From contig CAXXUK010000002.1 in assembly GCA_963665125.2 (NCBI GenBank), forward strand, positions 512,001 to 576,000: a DNA stretch of 64,000 bases, written 5' to 3'. The DNA is from an uncultured Desulfarculus sp. Lineage in GTDB: Bacteria > Desulfobacterota > Desulfarculia > Desulfarculales > Desulfarculaceae. Under the pieces are notes generated by a model that had not been told where the DNA came from, did no database searches, and was given only the letters and a program-made list of their open reading frames with translations. Made by a program: the position numbers and the translations under genes. Below, piece by piece: positions 38,637-48,054 of the stretch (position 1 is its first letter; each line of letters starts with the position of its first letter).

Positions 38637-41096
38637 ATGTCTGAAATAAAACAGAACGTTGAACCCAGGGTGGGCGTTTACGTCTGCCATTGCGGGCTCA
38701 ATATCGCCGGAGTGGTCGACTGCCCGGCGGTGGCCGAGTATGCCTCGGGCCTGGAGGGCGTGGTAATCGCCCGGCACGACGGCTACTGCTGCTCCGAGCC
38801 GGGCCAGCAGGTCATCAAGGACGACATCGTCCAGCATGGCCTCAACCGGGTGGTGGTGGCTTCTTGTTCACCCCGCCTGCACGAGCCCACCTTCCGCCAG
38901 TGCGTGGCCGACGCGGGCCTCAACCCGTATCTAATGGAGATGGCCAACCTGCGCGAGCAGTGCTCGTGGGTCCACTCCGACGACCCCGAAGGCGCCACGT
39001 CAAAGGCCAAAGACCTCGTCCGCTCAGCCGTGGCCCGGGTTAGGGGCCTGGCCGTGCGCCAAGAGATCGAAGTGCCCATGGAACAATCCACGTTGGTCAT
39101 CGGCGGCGGCGTCGCCGGTGTGCAGGCCGCCCTGGACCTGGCCGACGCTGGTTACAAAGTGACTCTTGTCGAAAAAGAGCCCAGTATAGGAGGTATGATG
39201 GCCAGGTTGGATAAGACCTATCCGACCATGGACTGCTCCATATGAATTTTGGGCCCGAAGATGGCGGATGCCGGTCGGCATCCAAACATAACGTTGCTGA
39301 CCAACAGCGAAATTAAATCGGTCACCGGATATGTGGGCAACTTTGAGGCACGCATCCTGAAAAAGGCCCGCTTTGTTGTCGAGGGTGATTGCACAGCCTG
39401 CGGCGACTGCGTGGAGGTCTGCCCTGTTGTCGTGCCCGATGAATTCAACGAGGGGTTAAGCTCCCGCCGGGCCATTTACCAGCCCTTCCCCCAGGCCGTG
39501 CCTTCGGCCTTTGTGGTGGACATGGACAACTGCCTGGGCCACGACCCCATCAAGTGCGGCAAGTGCTCGGAGCGTTGCGAAAAGGGCTGCATCGACTTCA
39601 ACATGAGCGACGAGGAGATCCAGGTCAAGGTGGGCACCATCGTGGTGGCCACGGGCATGGAGATCTACGACCCCACGATATTGGACGAATACGGCTACAC
39701 CCGCCACCAGAACGTGCTGACCAGCATCGAACTGGAGCGGCTGATCAACTCCGGCGGGCCCACAAAGGGCCATGTCGTGCGCTTGACCGACCGCCAGACG
39801 CCCAAGTCGGTGGCCTTTATCCAGTGCGTTGGCTCGCGTTCCCAGAAGCGGGGCAACCCCTATTGCTCCAACATCTGCTGCATGAACACCATCAAGAACA
39901 CCTTGCAACTCAAGGAACACTACCCGGAGATCGACCTCAAGGTCTTCTATATCGACATCCGGGCGTTCGGCAAGGGCTTCGAGGACCTGTTCCGCCGCAG
40001 CCGGGGCGAGGGTGTGCAGTATGTCCGCGGCATTCCCGGCGACATCAAGGAAGACCCCGAGACCAAGGACCTGATCCTCACCGTGGAGAACACGGCAACC
40101 AACGAGCTGGAAAAACACCGGGCCGAGATGGTCGTGCTAGCCACGGGCGTGCATCCGCCCGAGCAGATGAATATCGTCCAGGAAATGCTGGCCCTGCAAA
40201 AATGCTCGGACGGCTTCTATCTGGAGGCCCATCCCAAGCTCCAGCCGGTGGATTCTGCCACCAAGGGCATCTTCTTCGCGGGCTGCGCCGAGGGGCCCAA
40301 GGACATCAAGGAATCGGTGACCCAGGCATCGGCCGCCGCGGCCAGGGCCATGCGCCTGATGACGCCGGGCAAACTCAAGGTCGAGGCGGTGACCGCCGAG
40401 GTCAACGCCGACGCCTGCACCATCTGCGGCATCTGCGCCAGGGTCTGCCCCTACAACGCCATCGAAGTCGACAAAAAGGCGGGCAAGCCGGCCCACGTCA
40501 ACGAGGCGGCCTGCGCGGGCTGCGGCACCTGCGCCGCCGAATGCCCGTCCGACGCCATCCTCATGCACCACTTCACCGACCGGCAGATCGAGTCTCAGGT
40601 CGATGCGGTTCTCGAGGAAGACCCGGCCGGTGTGATCACCGTGTTCGCCTGCAACTGGTGCTCCTATGCCGGGGCCGACTATGCCGGCGTTTCGCGCCTG
40701 CAATATCCGGCCAACACCCGCCTTATCCGCACCATGTGCTCGGGCCGCGTGTCCGAAAAATTCATCTGGCGGGCCTTTGCCGGAGGCGCGGCGGTGGTGC
40801 TGGTCTCGGGCTGCCACTTTGGCGACTGCCACTACATCGACGCCAACCACTGGACCGACAAGCGCATCAAGCGCATGTGGAAGAAGATGGAAAAGATGGG
40901 CATCCGCCAGGAGCGCCTGCAACTGGAGTGGATCAGCGCGGCCGAGGGCGTGCGTTTCCGCGACGTGATGGCGGGCATGGAGCGTCTGCGCCTGGGCGTC
41001 ACGGCCGATGAAATCGCCGAAACCCAGCGCATCCTGGCCGAACAGGCCGCCAAGGACGCGGCCAAGGGAGCGGCCAAGGAGCAGACCGCGGCCTGA
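38637..41096 (+). CDS. hdrA: Heterodisulfide reductase subunit A, selenocysteine-containing (U203), fused to a C-terminal MvhD domain; 819 aa
   Basis: ORFs 38637-39245 and 39249-41096 are in frame and separated only by TGA 39243-39245 in DCSI-U-ILGPKM (HdrA CxxC). GGGVAG, ELER, QCVGSR and CCM..K present; C-terminal CNWCSY..MCSGR..GCH..DCHY. Confidence 0.9.
39243..39286 (+). promoter_or_regulatory. Sec UGA codon and bacterial SECIS hairpin
   Basis: GGATGCC-GGTC-GGCATCC stem-loop (39266-39283) with G at the start of the loop, 20 nt after the UGA. Confidence 0.75.
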
Positions 41097-41113
41097 TATT
41101 GAACCGCAACACC

Positions 41114-41153
41114 AACAGCCTCCGCGCCCTGCACGGGGGCTGTTTTTTTATTT
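41114..41153 (+). terminator. Intrinsic terminator after hdrA
   Basis: AACAGCCTCCG ... CGGGGGCTGTT followed by a T-run. Confidence 0.75.
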
Positions 41154-41237
41154 TGACCGCCCATATGGGTGATTGCGGCCCGTCATCACGCTGTTATCCT
41201 GATTGGTATCAACGCCATGGATATGGAGGAAAGCGTG

Positions 41238-42041
41238 ATGGCCCAACTTAGCACCAACATGGACGTCTTGAAGATATTGCCCAAGACCAATTGCCGCGAC
41301 TGCGGGCTGCCCACCTGCCTGACTTTCGCCGTTGCCGTGGTCCAGGGGCAGAAATCGCTGAACGCATGCCCCTATATCGCCCCGGAGATCCTGGCCCAGA
41401 ATTCGGTTGCCGCCGAGAAACGCTCCACCCTTGAAGAAGACTCGGAAAAGGCGCTCCAACGAATGCGCAAGGCCTTTTCCGGGCTCGACCTGGCCCAACG
41501 GGCCAAAGTAGTCGAAGGAGAATATGACGGGAAAAAAATAACCGTAAGTATGTTGGGTAAGCCGTTTCATGTGGCCAACGACGGCTCGTTGGCCTCAAAT
41601 TGCCACGTCAACATGTGGCTTACCGTGCCCCTGCTCAGCTATGTCATCGAATGTCAGGGCAGGGAGATAAAAAACCAGTGGGTGCCCATGCGCGATTTGC
41701 CCGACGGCGTGGATTGGGCCAAGCTGTTCAACCAGCGTTGCGAAAAGCCCTTTAAAACAGTGGTGGACAACTACACCGGCCTGTTCGAGTACATGATCGA
41801 CATCTTCGAGGCCGAGCCCGCGCCGGGCAGCTTTGATTCGGACATCGCCGTGGTCGTCCATCCCCTGCCCAAGTTGCCCATGCTCATCTGCTATTGGAAG
41901 CCCGACGACGGCATGGATTCCGACCTGAACCTGTTTTTCGATTCCACGGCCAGCTATAATCTGCCCATCAGCGCCATATACACCCTGGGAGTGGGCATGC
42001 TGACCATGTTTGAAAAGATCGCCCAAACCCACGGGGCTTGA
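41238..42041 (+). CDS. DUF3786 protein with N-terminal putative Fe-S domain
   Basis: LPKTNCRDCGLPTCLTFA...CP Fe-S domain; PLPKLPMLICYW..DD DUF3786-like C-terminus; ATG after GGAGGA. Confidence 0.8.
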   Translation: MAQLSTNMDVLKILPKTNCRDCGLPTCLTFAVAVVQGQKSLNACPYIAPEILAQNSVAAEKRSTLEEDSEKALQRMRKAFSGLDLAQRAKVVEGEYDGKKITVSMLGKPFHVANDGSLASNCHVNMWLTVPLLSYVIECQGREIKNQWVPMRDLPDGVDWAKLFNQRCEKPFKTVVDNYTGLFEYMIDIFEAEPAPGSFDSDIAVVVHPLPKLPMLICYWKPDDGMDSDLNLFFDSTASYNLPISAIYTLGVGMLTMFEKIAQTHGA

Positions 42042-42054
42042 TTAATAATTCCTT

Positions 42055-42587
42055 GCACCTCGGCCCGTCCTTGGGCCAAGGTGCGGCGCCCCGGCCGGAG
42101 CAAGTCCGATCCGGGGCTTACGGCGCATGGCTTCGCGCTGCGCCGGGCTGGCCATTCATGGCCAGCAGTCCGTAAAGCTGGGTATTGCCATTACGGGGTG
42201 CCCGGTCGGGGCCACAGGCGTTTATTAAGGAACTGAGTATTACCCGCGATCTGGGAGCGCAAGCATTGCGCCCCGTGATTTGGGTGCCCAGGCCCTGGGC
42301 CTCCGGCGGCCAGAGGGGCCTCTTCGCTTTTGATAATGCCAAAGCTCGACGTTTGTTTTCTCTTGTTCCTCGGCCCGTCCTTGGCCCGAGGAACAGCGCT
42401 TCGGGCGGAGCAAGTCCGACCCGAAGCTCACGGCGCATGGCTTCGCGCTACGCCGGGTCGGCCATCCATGGCCGAAATCCTATAGACGCTACTCTAATGC
42501 TAGATTGAGACGCGCCCGGTCGGGGCCACGGGTGTTTATTGTGGCTCTGAGTGCTGCCCGCGATATGGGAGCCCAAGCATTGGGCTC
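42055..42587 (+). repeat. Modular palindromic repeat cluster (modules A-B-b-A-B), REP/BIME-like
   Basis: A copies 42055-42166 and 42364-42475 (four hairpins each); B copies ~42200-42273 and ~42514-42587; extra B-tail hairpin 42272-42301; between convergent genes. Confidence 0.85.
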
Positions 42588-43149
42588 AAGGCTCAAACAT
42601 CTTTACCTCATGCATTTCCTGGCCTTTGCAACCCTTCAAATAGCTTTTGAACATGTCCTCCGTAAAGACCTGCCCCCACAGGTCACGGCTCCGTTGGATA
42701 TCGGTTTCGATCAGGTCATTGACGGCCTTGTATGGATAGGGAAACTTGATATGGGCGCGGACCACGGGTCGGGCCCATATGCCTTCATCCAACTCGACCG
42801 GGCCGTTGACCTGGCCCTTTATCAGCCATTTGAGCTCACGGCCTGTCAATAACGCGCCTTGGAATGACTCCGGGATCTCCGCGAGCTCTATGGTGTCGTT
42901 CCACTCAAAGTGGATCGTAACGTTTTCGATATCCACCAGCGGCGTGAGATTGACCTGAACTTCGAACGGCCCCTTGCCATTGCTGTCTTTGATGACTTTT
43001 ACGTTGAAGTCAAAAAGGTTGTTGAACCTGGGCATGACCGGCGGGGTGGCCATGGCCCTTTGCCCGGTCAGTGACAGACACAAGGCCAACGCCACCAGAA
43101 ACGCTGCAAATGCCCTTCGGCCTGTGCTGTTTGTAAATATCTCAGTCAT
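42586..43149 (-). CDS. Hypothetical exported protein
   Basis: N-terminal RR plus hydrophobic stretch ending AMA (signal-peptide-like); overlaps the upstream gene stop by 8 nt. Confidence 0.6.
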   Translation of the reverse strand: MTEIFTNSTGRRAFAAFLVALALCLSLTGQRAMATPPVMPRFNNLFDFNVKVIKDSNGKGPFEVQVNLTPLVDIENVTIHFEWNDTIELAEIPESFQGALLTGRELKWLIKGQVNGPVELDEGIWARPVVRAHIKFPYPYKAVNDLIETDIQRSRDLWGQVFTEDMFKSYLKGCKGQEMHEVKMFEP

Positions 43150-43627
43150 CCACTTCCTCTCCCATCAGCAACCCTTTGCCCGAGTTGCCTGAAATCCCGG
43201 TGCCGGTTGTATTGCCGCTGCCGCCCGTGCTGGCGCCCGGATTGTCCCACGAGTTCCAATATCCTTGGCCCGATGGTTTGTTCCCGTTTTGAGCCTTGCC
43301 AATTGCGGATTTGATTTGACTGTATTGCTTGGCCCAATAGTCGGCGGCATCCCGGCAGTGGTTGAGCTTGGGCACCAGGCGGTTGACTTCGTTGTTGTTG
43401 TCGATCCATAGTTTGCTGCCCCGCTTGTAGCGGTCCCGTTGATTCATGGACCACTCCACCTTGCGCAGGATCTGGCGGTGCCTGTCCACCCAGGTGGTGT
43501 ATTGAAGCTTGGCGTATTTTTTCTTGCTTTGTAGTTCGGCCAAAGTGTCGGAATGGGCAGGCCCGGCTTGCACCAGTACGATGCAGGTGAAAAGCGCCGC
43601 GCAAATGGCTCCGGTCAATCGTTTCAT
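43142..43627 (-). CDS. Hypothetical exported protein
   Basis: MKRLTGAICAALFTCIVLVQAGPAHS signal peptide after AAGGAG; helical core and Gly/Ser/Asn-rich tail. Confidence 0.65.
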   Translation of the reverse strand: MKRLTGAICAALFTCIVLVQAGPAHSDTLAELQSKKKYAKLQYTTWVDRHRQILRKVEWSMNQRDRYKRGSKLWIDNNNEVNRLVPKLNHCRDAADYWAKQYSQIKSAIGKAQNGNKPSGQGYWNSWDNPGASTGGSGNTTGTGISGNSGKGLLMGEEVDD

Positions 43628-43898
43628 GACTCTCTCCTTTTGAACCGGCCCGTTGGGAGTTGCGGGACCTGAGCAAATCAAGAGACAACGCGAGTATGAA
43701 ACCGGCTTAGAAGATTACCACGGTGTTGTCGGGGCGTTGAGGATGTTAAGTCATATAATATCCGCCGCCTCATGTTGATCAAAGTTGTTTAGCCCCGCCG
43801 CCGAAAGGTTATGTTGGCCGCCTCTTGTCTGCCTAGACGCACTGATTCGGGCCTTCTTAATGCGCTGCTTGCTTAAATCGCTCGTAATGTCTTTTCCG

Positions 43899-44558
43899 CT
43901 AGTCCTCCCAGGGCGGCATTTCCATAAGGTCGTTGATACGCCGGATCAGCGGGGTGCCGTCGCCGAATATATCCACAACGTTCACGCAGGCGAAATCCTG
44001 GTCGATTCTGAAGATCCGGTCCAGGGGAGCGCCCATCATCTGGGTCAGCAGGATGCGGTTGACTCCGGAATGGCTGACAATGCAAACTTCCTTGCCGCGG
44101 TGGTTGGAAACGATTTCCTGGAAGGCCGGGACCACCCTGGCGGTCATCTCGGCCAGTGATTCACCGTCGGTGATCTTGAAATTCTCCAGATCCTCGTAGC
44201 GCTGCTTCAACTCATTGGGATACTTGTCCATGATCTCTTTGAAGGTCATCCCTTCCCAGATGCCCAGGGCCAACTCCCGAAGTTCGGGCATGGGTGTGGG
44301 CCTCAGGCGGGGACGCTGGGCCCGGCCCACGGCCTCGGCGGTTTGCAGGGCGCGGCTGAGGTCCGAGCAATACAGGCCGGACAAGTTGGCCTCGGCCATG
44401 CGGTCGGCCACCAGTTTGACCTGGCGGTGTCCCTTAGGAGTAAGGGCCACGTCCATATCGCCATAGACCCTGCCGTCGGCGAAACCTCTTACCTCGGGGT
44501 GTCTCCAGAGATATACCCTCGTATGCTTGCGTTGCTGCTGCCTGCGTTGAACAACCAT
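43899..44558 (-). CDS. Histidine phosphatase family protein (CobC/GpmB-like)
   Basis: RHPE (RHG variant), SDLSRALQTA, LRELALGIWEG, GES, VSHSG. Confidence 0.85.
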   Translation of the reverse strand: MVVQRRQQQRKHTRVYLWRHPEVRGFADGRVYGDMDVALTPKGHRQVKLVADRMAEANLSGLYCSDLSRALQTAEAVGRAQRPRLRPTPMPELRELALGIWEGMTFKEIMDKYPNELKQRYEDLENFKITDGESLAEMTARVVPAFQEIVSNHRGKEVCIVSHSGVNRILLTQMMGAPLDRIFRIDQDFACVNVVDIFGDGTPLIRRINDLMEMPPWED

Positions 44559-44663
44559 GTCTGTCCTTTCAGGGCAAGTTGCCTCTTTGTGTGGCAACCC
44601 GGCTGTGCTATGCTTCCGGACTATCAAGTCGCGGCACATAATAAATGCCCCATGGAGTAGCTC

Positions 44664-45638
44664 ATGTCCAGGCCCATGCGTATTTTTATTTTGGCTCTTT
44701 GCGCTTTGCTGGCGTCGGCCACAGTTGTCTTGGCCTCGCCCAGGATTGATTTCAGCAAAACAGAGGTCGTTTTCGAGGATGTCGAGGAAGGTGACCAACT
44801 CACCGCAAAGTTCGACTTCAAGAACAAGGGCGACCTCAATTTGATCATCGACGAGGTAAGCCCCTCATGCGGTTGCACCGTGGCCAAGTTCACCGAAGTG
44901 ACCAAACCCGGCGAAAGCGGCAACGTGTCTCTTCACCTGGACACCGACGGCATTGTCGGCCATTTCCGCAAGACGGCCACCGTGGCCACCAACGACCCTG
45001 ACAATCCCTTTGTCACCCTGGTCATGCTGGGCGAGACCATGAGCGCGGTAAAGGTCGAGGGCGGCCGCCGCGTGGAACTCTACGGCTGCCTGGGCCAGGA
45101 CATCAACGCCCAGGTCAAGCTGACCAGCCCCAAGGGCGGGCCCGTGCTGGTCACCGGCGTGAAAAATCCGCTCAGCGACTATTGCACGGTTCAGCTTGAG
45201 CGCCTGGACGGCGGCGAGGCCTATTACCTGCACATCAAGGCCAAGACCGACCGCCCGGCGCGCTACGCGGGCCAGATCTTCCTTCAGGTGCCCGGTTCGC
45301 CCGATGTGAGCCTGTGGCTGGTGGCCGATATCAAGGGCGCGGTGAGCATAAGGCCCGAGATAGTATTCTTCGGCTCGGTGACCAAGGACAAGCTCAAGGG
45401 CGTGGCCCGCTCGGTGGAGGTGGCCAAGGCCTGCGCCGAGACCCTGGTCGATCCGGAGCTGACCTATGACGAGGAAAAATTCAAGATCCAGCGGCACTGG
45501 GAGAAAAAGAACGAGGTGATGCTGTTGGTGATCACCCCCCGGCCGGAAAATCTTGAGAAAGGTCCGTTCCGCAGCGAACTGAAGATCAACACCGGCAAAT
45601 TCGTCTTCACCGTGCCCATGCGGGGTACGATCTACTAG
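44664..45638 (+). CDS. DUF1573 domain exported protein
   Basis: Signal peptide; FKNKG..L.I..V.PSCGCT...PGESG DUF1573 motif. Confidence 0.8.
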   Translation: MSRPMRIFILALCALLASATVVLASPRIDFSKTEVVFEDVEEGDQLTAKFDFKNKGDLNLIIDEVSPSCGCTVAKFTEVTKPGESGNVSLHLDTDGIVGHFRKTATVATNDPDNPFVTLVMLGETMSAVKVEGGRRVELYGCLGQDINAQVKLTSPKGGPVLVTGVKNPLSDYCTVQLERLDGGEAYYLHIKAKTDRPARYAGQIFLQVPGSPDVSLWLVADIKGAVSIRPEIVFFGSVTKDKLKGVARSVEVAKACAETLVDPELTYDEEKFKIQRHWEKKNEVMLLVITPRPENLEKGPFRSELKINTGKFVFTVPMRGTIY

Positions 45639-45644
45639 GGGCGT

Positions 45645-45956
45645 TTGTTGGGCGGCGTCATGCTGATCTGGGCCGCCCGGCTGGTTGGTTTGGCCCTGGC
45701 CGCGTTTCTGGGCCTGATGGCTCTGGATGCGCCGTTTGGCCCGGGCCTGTTGATCCACCTGCTCCCCTGTTTCGTCGTGCTGCTTTTGGTTGTCATCGGT
45801 TGGCGCAGGCGCGTTCTGGGCGGTTGGCTGTTTCTGGCCGCCGGGGTGGCGGCCACGCTGTTTTTTCACACCCACCGACATCCGACCAGCTTCCTGATGA
45901 TCAGCGGCCCGTTTTTCCTCACCGGCCTGTTGCTGCTGCTGGGCCGCCGCAGATAG
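45645..45956 (+). CDS. Small hypothetical membrane protein
   Basis: About four hydrophobic segments; LLIHLLP motif; start uncertain. Confidence 0.55.
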   Translation: MLGGVMLIWAARLVGLALAAFLGLMALDAPFGPGLLIHLLPCFVVLLLVVIGWRRRVLGGWLFLAAGVAATLFFHTHRHPTSFLMISGPFFLTGLLLLLGRRR

Positions 45957-45970
45957 AAACAATGGACCAA

Positions 45971-46003
45971 TAAAGAAAAGGCCGCTCCAAAACGGGGCGG
46001 CCT
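45971..46003 (-). terminator. Intrinsic terminator after motB (between convergent genes)
   Basis: AGGCCGCTCC/GGGGCGGCCT stem; an A-rich left flank gives a U-tract on the minus strand. Confidence 0.6.
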
Positions 46004-46025
46004 CGATTAATTTGTGCTTGCCGGT

Positions 46026-47045
46026 TTAGCCGATGGATCTGAGTTCGATCTCCACCCGGCGATTGCGCTGGCGGTTGGCCTCGTCGCTGTTGGGGGCCAG
46101 GGGAGCCTGGTCGGCCATGCCCTGGATGTGCATGTGCCGGGCCGGAACGCCCTGGCTGGTCAGGGCCCTGGCCACGGCCGCGGCCCTGGCGGCGCTGAGT
46201 TCCCAGTTGCTGGCGAACTGCGGCGTGCTGATGGGCAGGTCGTCGGTGTGACCGGTGACGATGATGCGGCACTTGCCGTTACGCAGAATCACCGGAGCCA
46301 AACGGGCCAGGGTGTCGGCCATGGACGGCTTGATCCGGGCCTTGCCCAGGTCGAAGCTGATGTGTTCGGGCAGGCGGATGATCAGCCTGTCCGGCGTCTT
46401 GGCGATCTGCATGCCGCCGTAGTTCTCCTCGCCGGGCACGCCGCTGGAGGCCGCCGCCTTGACCTGGTCCAAAAGCTCCTCAAGGCTCAGTTCGTCGGGC
46501 ACGACGGCGCTGGGCGTACCCGTGGCCGAGGAAGACACCAGACTGAGCAGGGCCCGGTCCATGCGCGGGCCTTCCTCCTTGGGCTTGGGCTTTTCTTCGG
46601 CCCGCAGTCCCGGGTCGCCCTGTCCGCCGCCGGCCAGAGCCGCCACGGCTCGGGTATGGTCGTCAGGTCCGGAGGTGCGGCTGGTGAGCAGGTCGTCGCC
46701 CAGGGAGGGCAGGCTCATCGGGGCGGCCGCCTGGGCCTGGCTGATCATTGATTCGGTTTGGGCCGGCGCCTCGGTGGGCTGGCCCCGGTCGGTCAGCGAA
46801 AAAATAAGCACGAAGAAGACCAGAAGCAGGCTCATAAGGTCGGACAGGGACAGATAAAAGCTGGGGCTTTCCTCGGACACGGCGAACCGGGTCAAAGGCC
46901 TGCGGCGCTGACGCCGGACAACCGGTTCCTCGGAGCCGGAGCCGGAGCGGGCCCGGCCGCTGTTCCGGTCCAGAGCCGGTCTGCCGCCGCTTTCGGGCGG
47001 AGCGGCCAGGGGCATTAGATCCAGGGCGACGTTGCTAGCGCTCAT
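46026..47045 (-). CDS. motB: Flagellar stator MotB (OmpA-like peptidoglycan-binding domain)
   Basis: SLSDLMSLLLVFF TM with the conserved Asp; GHTDD..NWELSAARA..NRRVEI. Confidence 0.85.
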   Translation of the reverse strand: MSASNVALDLMPLAAPPESGGRPALDRNSGRARSGSGSEEPVVRRQRRRPLTRFAVSEESPSFYLSLSDLMSLLLVFFVLIFSLTDRGQPTEAPAQTESMISQAQAAAPMSLPSLGDDLLTSRTSGPDDHTRAVAALAGGGQGDPGLRAEEKPKPKEEGPRMDRALLSLVSSSATGTPSAVVPDELSLEELLDQVKAAASSGVPGEENYGGMQIAKTPDRLIIRLPEHISFDLGKARIKPSMADTLARLAPVILRNGKCRIIVTGHTDDLPISTPQFASNWELSAARAAAVARALTSQGVPARHMHIQGMADQAPLAPNSDEANRQRNRRVEIELRSIG

Positions 47046-47874
47046 TGGAGACTCTCTTCAGGCCCTGGGCCAGGTTGCGCACGCTCTGCCAGGCCCCGCG
47101 CAGATCAAGGGGCTTGAACACGGGCTGGAAGTCTTCGGCGTACTTGAAGGAACTGAGCCGGGAGGCCACGGCCGAGGCGTTGTCCTCGGTGGCCAGGGCC
47201 ACGGCGCCTTCGATGATCAGCGCCATTTCCACGGCTTCGGCCCGGTTGTGTTCGCGGATCTTGCGTTCGACGGGCAGCACAACCAGGTTGGCCAGCATCA
47301 GGCCGTAGAAGGTGGTCAGCAGGGCCACGCTCATGCCCGCGGCCACGGCGTCGGGATCGCTGATGGTGTGCAGCATGCGGATCAGGCCGATCATGGTGCC
47401 GGCCAGGCCGAAGGCCGGGGCCAGGCGGCCCATGAAGCCCAGCACGGCCCGCTGGGATTCGCGGCGGGCCAGGAAAAAGTCCATCTCCTGCTCCAGGCGC
47501 TGGGCGATGTCGGACGGCTTGCGTTCATCGGCCACCATGATTACGGCCATGCGCAGGAACTGGTGCGAGATCTTTTTGGCCACGTCTTCCATGTCACGCA
47601 CGCCCCGGAAGCGCCGGATGCGGCCCAGCTTGTAGAACAGCTCCACCAGGTCGTCGTTGGAGCGCACCTTGGCTGAATTGATGCCCTTGATCTGCTGCCA
47701 GGCTCCGTAAAGGGTGGCCCGGGGGAAGGCCAGGGCCGCGGCCAGCAGGGTGCCGCCGACCACCAGGAGCAGGCCCAAGGGATTGAAGAACATAAACAGA
47801 TTGCCGCCGCCGATGAGTGATGCGGCCAGAACCACGCAAACGCTGGCGATGAGGATGATGTTTTTGCGGCTCAT
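47035..47874 (-). CDS. motA: Flagellar stator MotA/PomA
   Basis: VVGGT, APAFGLAGTMIGLI, ALLTTFYG. Confidence 0.88.
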   Translation of the reverse strand: MSRKNIILIASVCVVLAASLIGGGNLFMFFNPLGLLLVVGGTLLAAALAFPRATLYGAWQQIKGINSAKVRSNDDLVELFYKLGRIRRFRGVRDMEDVAKKISHQFLRMAVIMVADERKPSDIAQRLEQEMDFFLARRESQRAVLGFMGRLAPAFGLAGTMIGLIRMLHTISDPDAVAAGMSVALLTTFYGLMLANLVVLPVERKIREHNRAEAVEMALIIEGAVALATEDNASAVASRLSSFKYAEDFQPVFKPLDLRGAWQSVRNLAQGLKRVSNER

Positions 47875-47917
47875 GTCTTCTCCGTGAGTTGAGGTTCGTG
47901 CTTGGGCTATTTGTTTA

Positions 47918-47932
47918 TCAAATAACGTGCCA
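47918..47932 (-). promoter_or_regulatory. Candidate sigma-54 promoter for motAB
   Basis: Minus strand TGGCAC-GTTAT-TTGA (one mismatch at -12), ~45 nt upstream of the motA ATG. Confidence 0.55.
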
Positions 47933-48054
47933 AGTCTTTACGGAGTGGCATGATGAGATAACATACTTAAATTATAAATATAATTAATTGGACTGGTCCG
48001 GAAGTGGTCTTGGAAGGAACTGCCTGCCGGGCGGCATGTTTTGCCCAGGTCCGC

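Noticed and set aside
38637..39245. hdrA as a split gene or pseudogene
   Set aside because: The stop is an in-frame TGA at a conserved Cys position followed by a SECIS-like hairpin; selenocysteine is the better explanation.
42118..42852. Short ORFs across the repeat cluster
   Set aside because: They lie in GC-rich palindromic repeats or antisense to a better gene and show no recognisable motifs or RBS.
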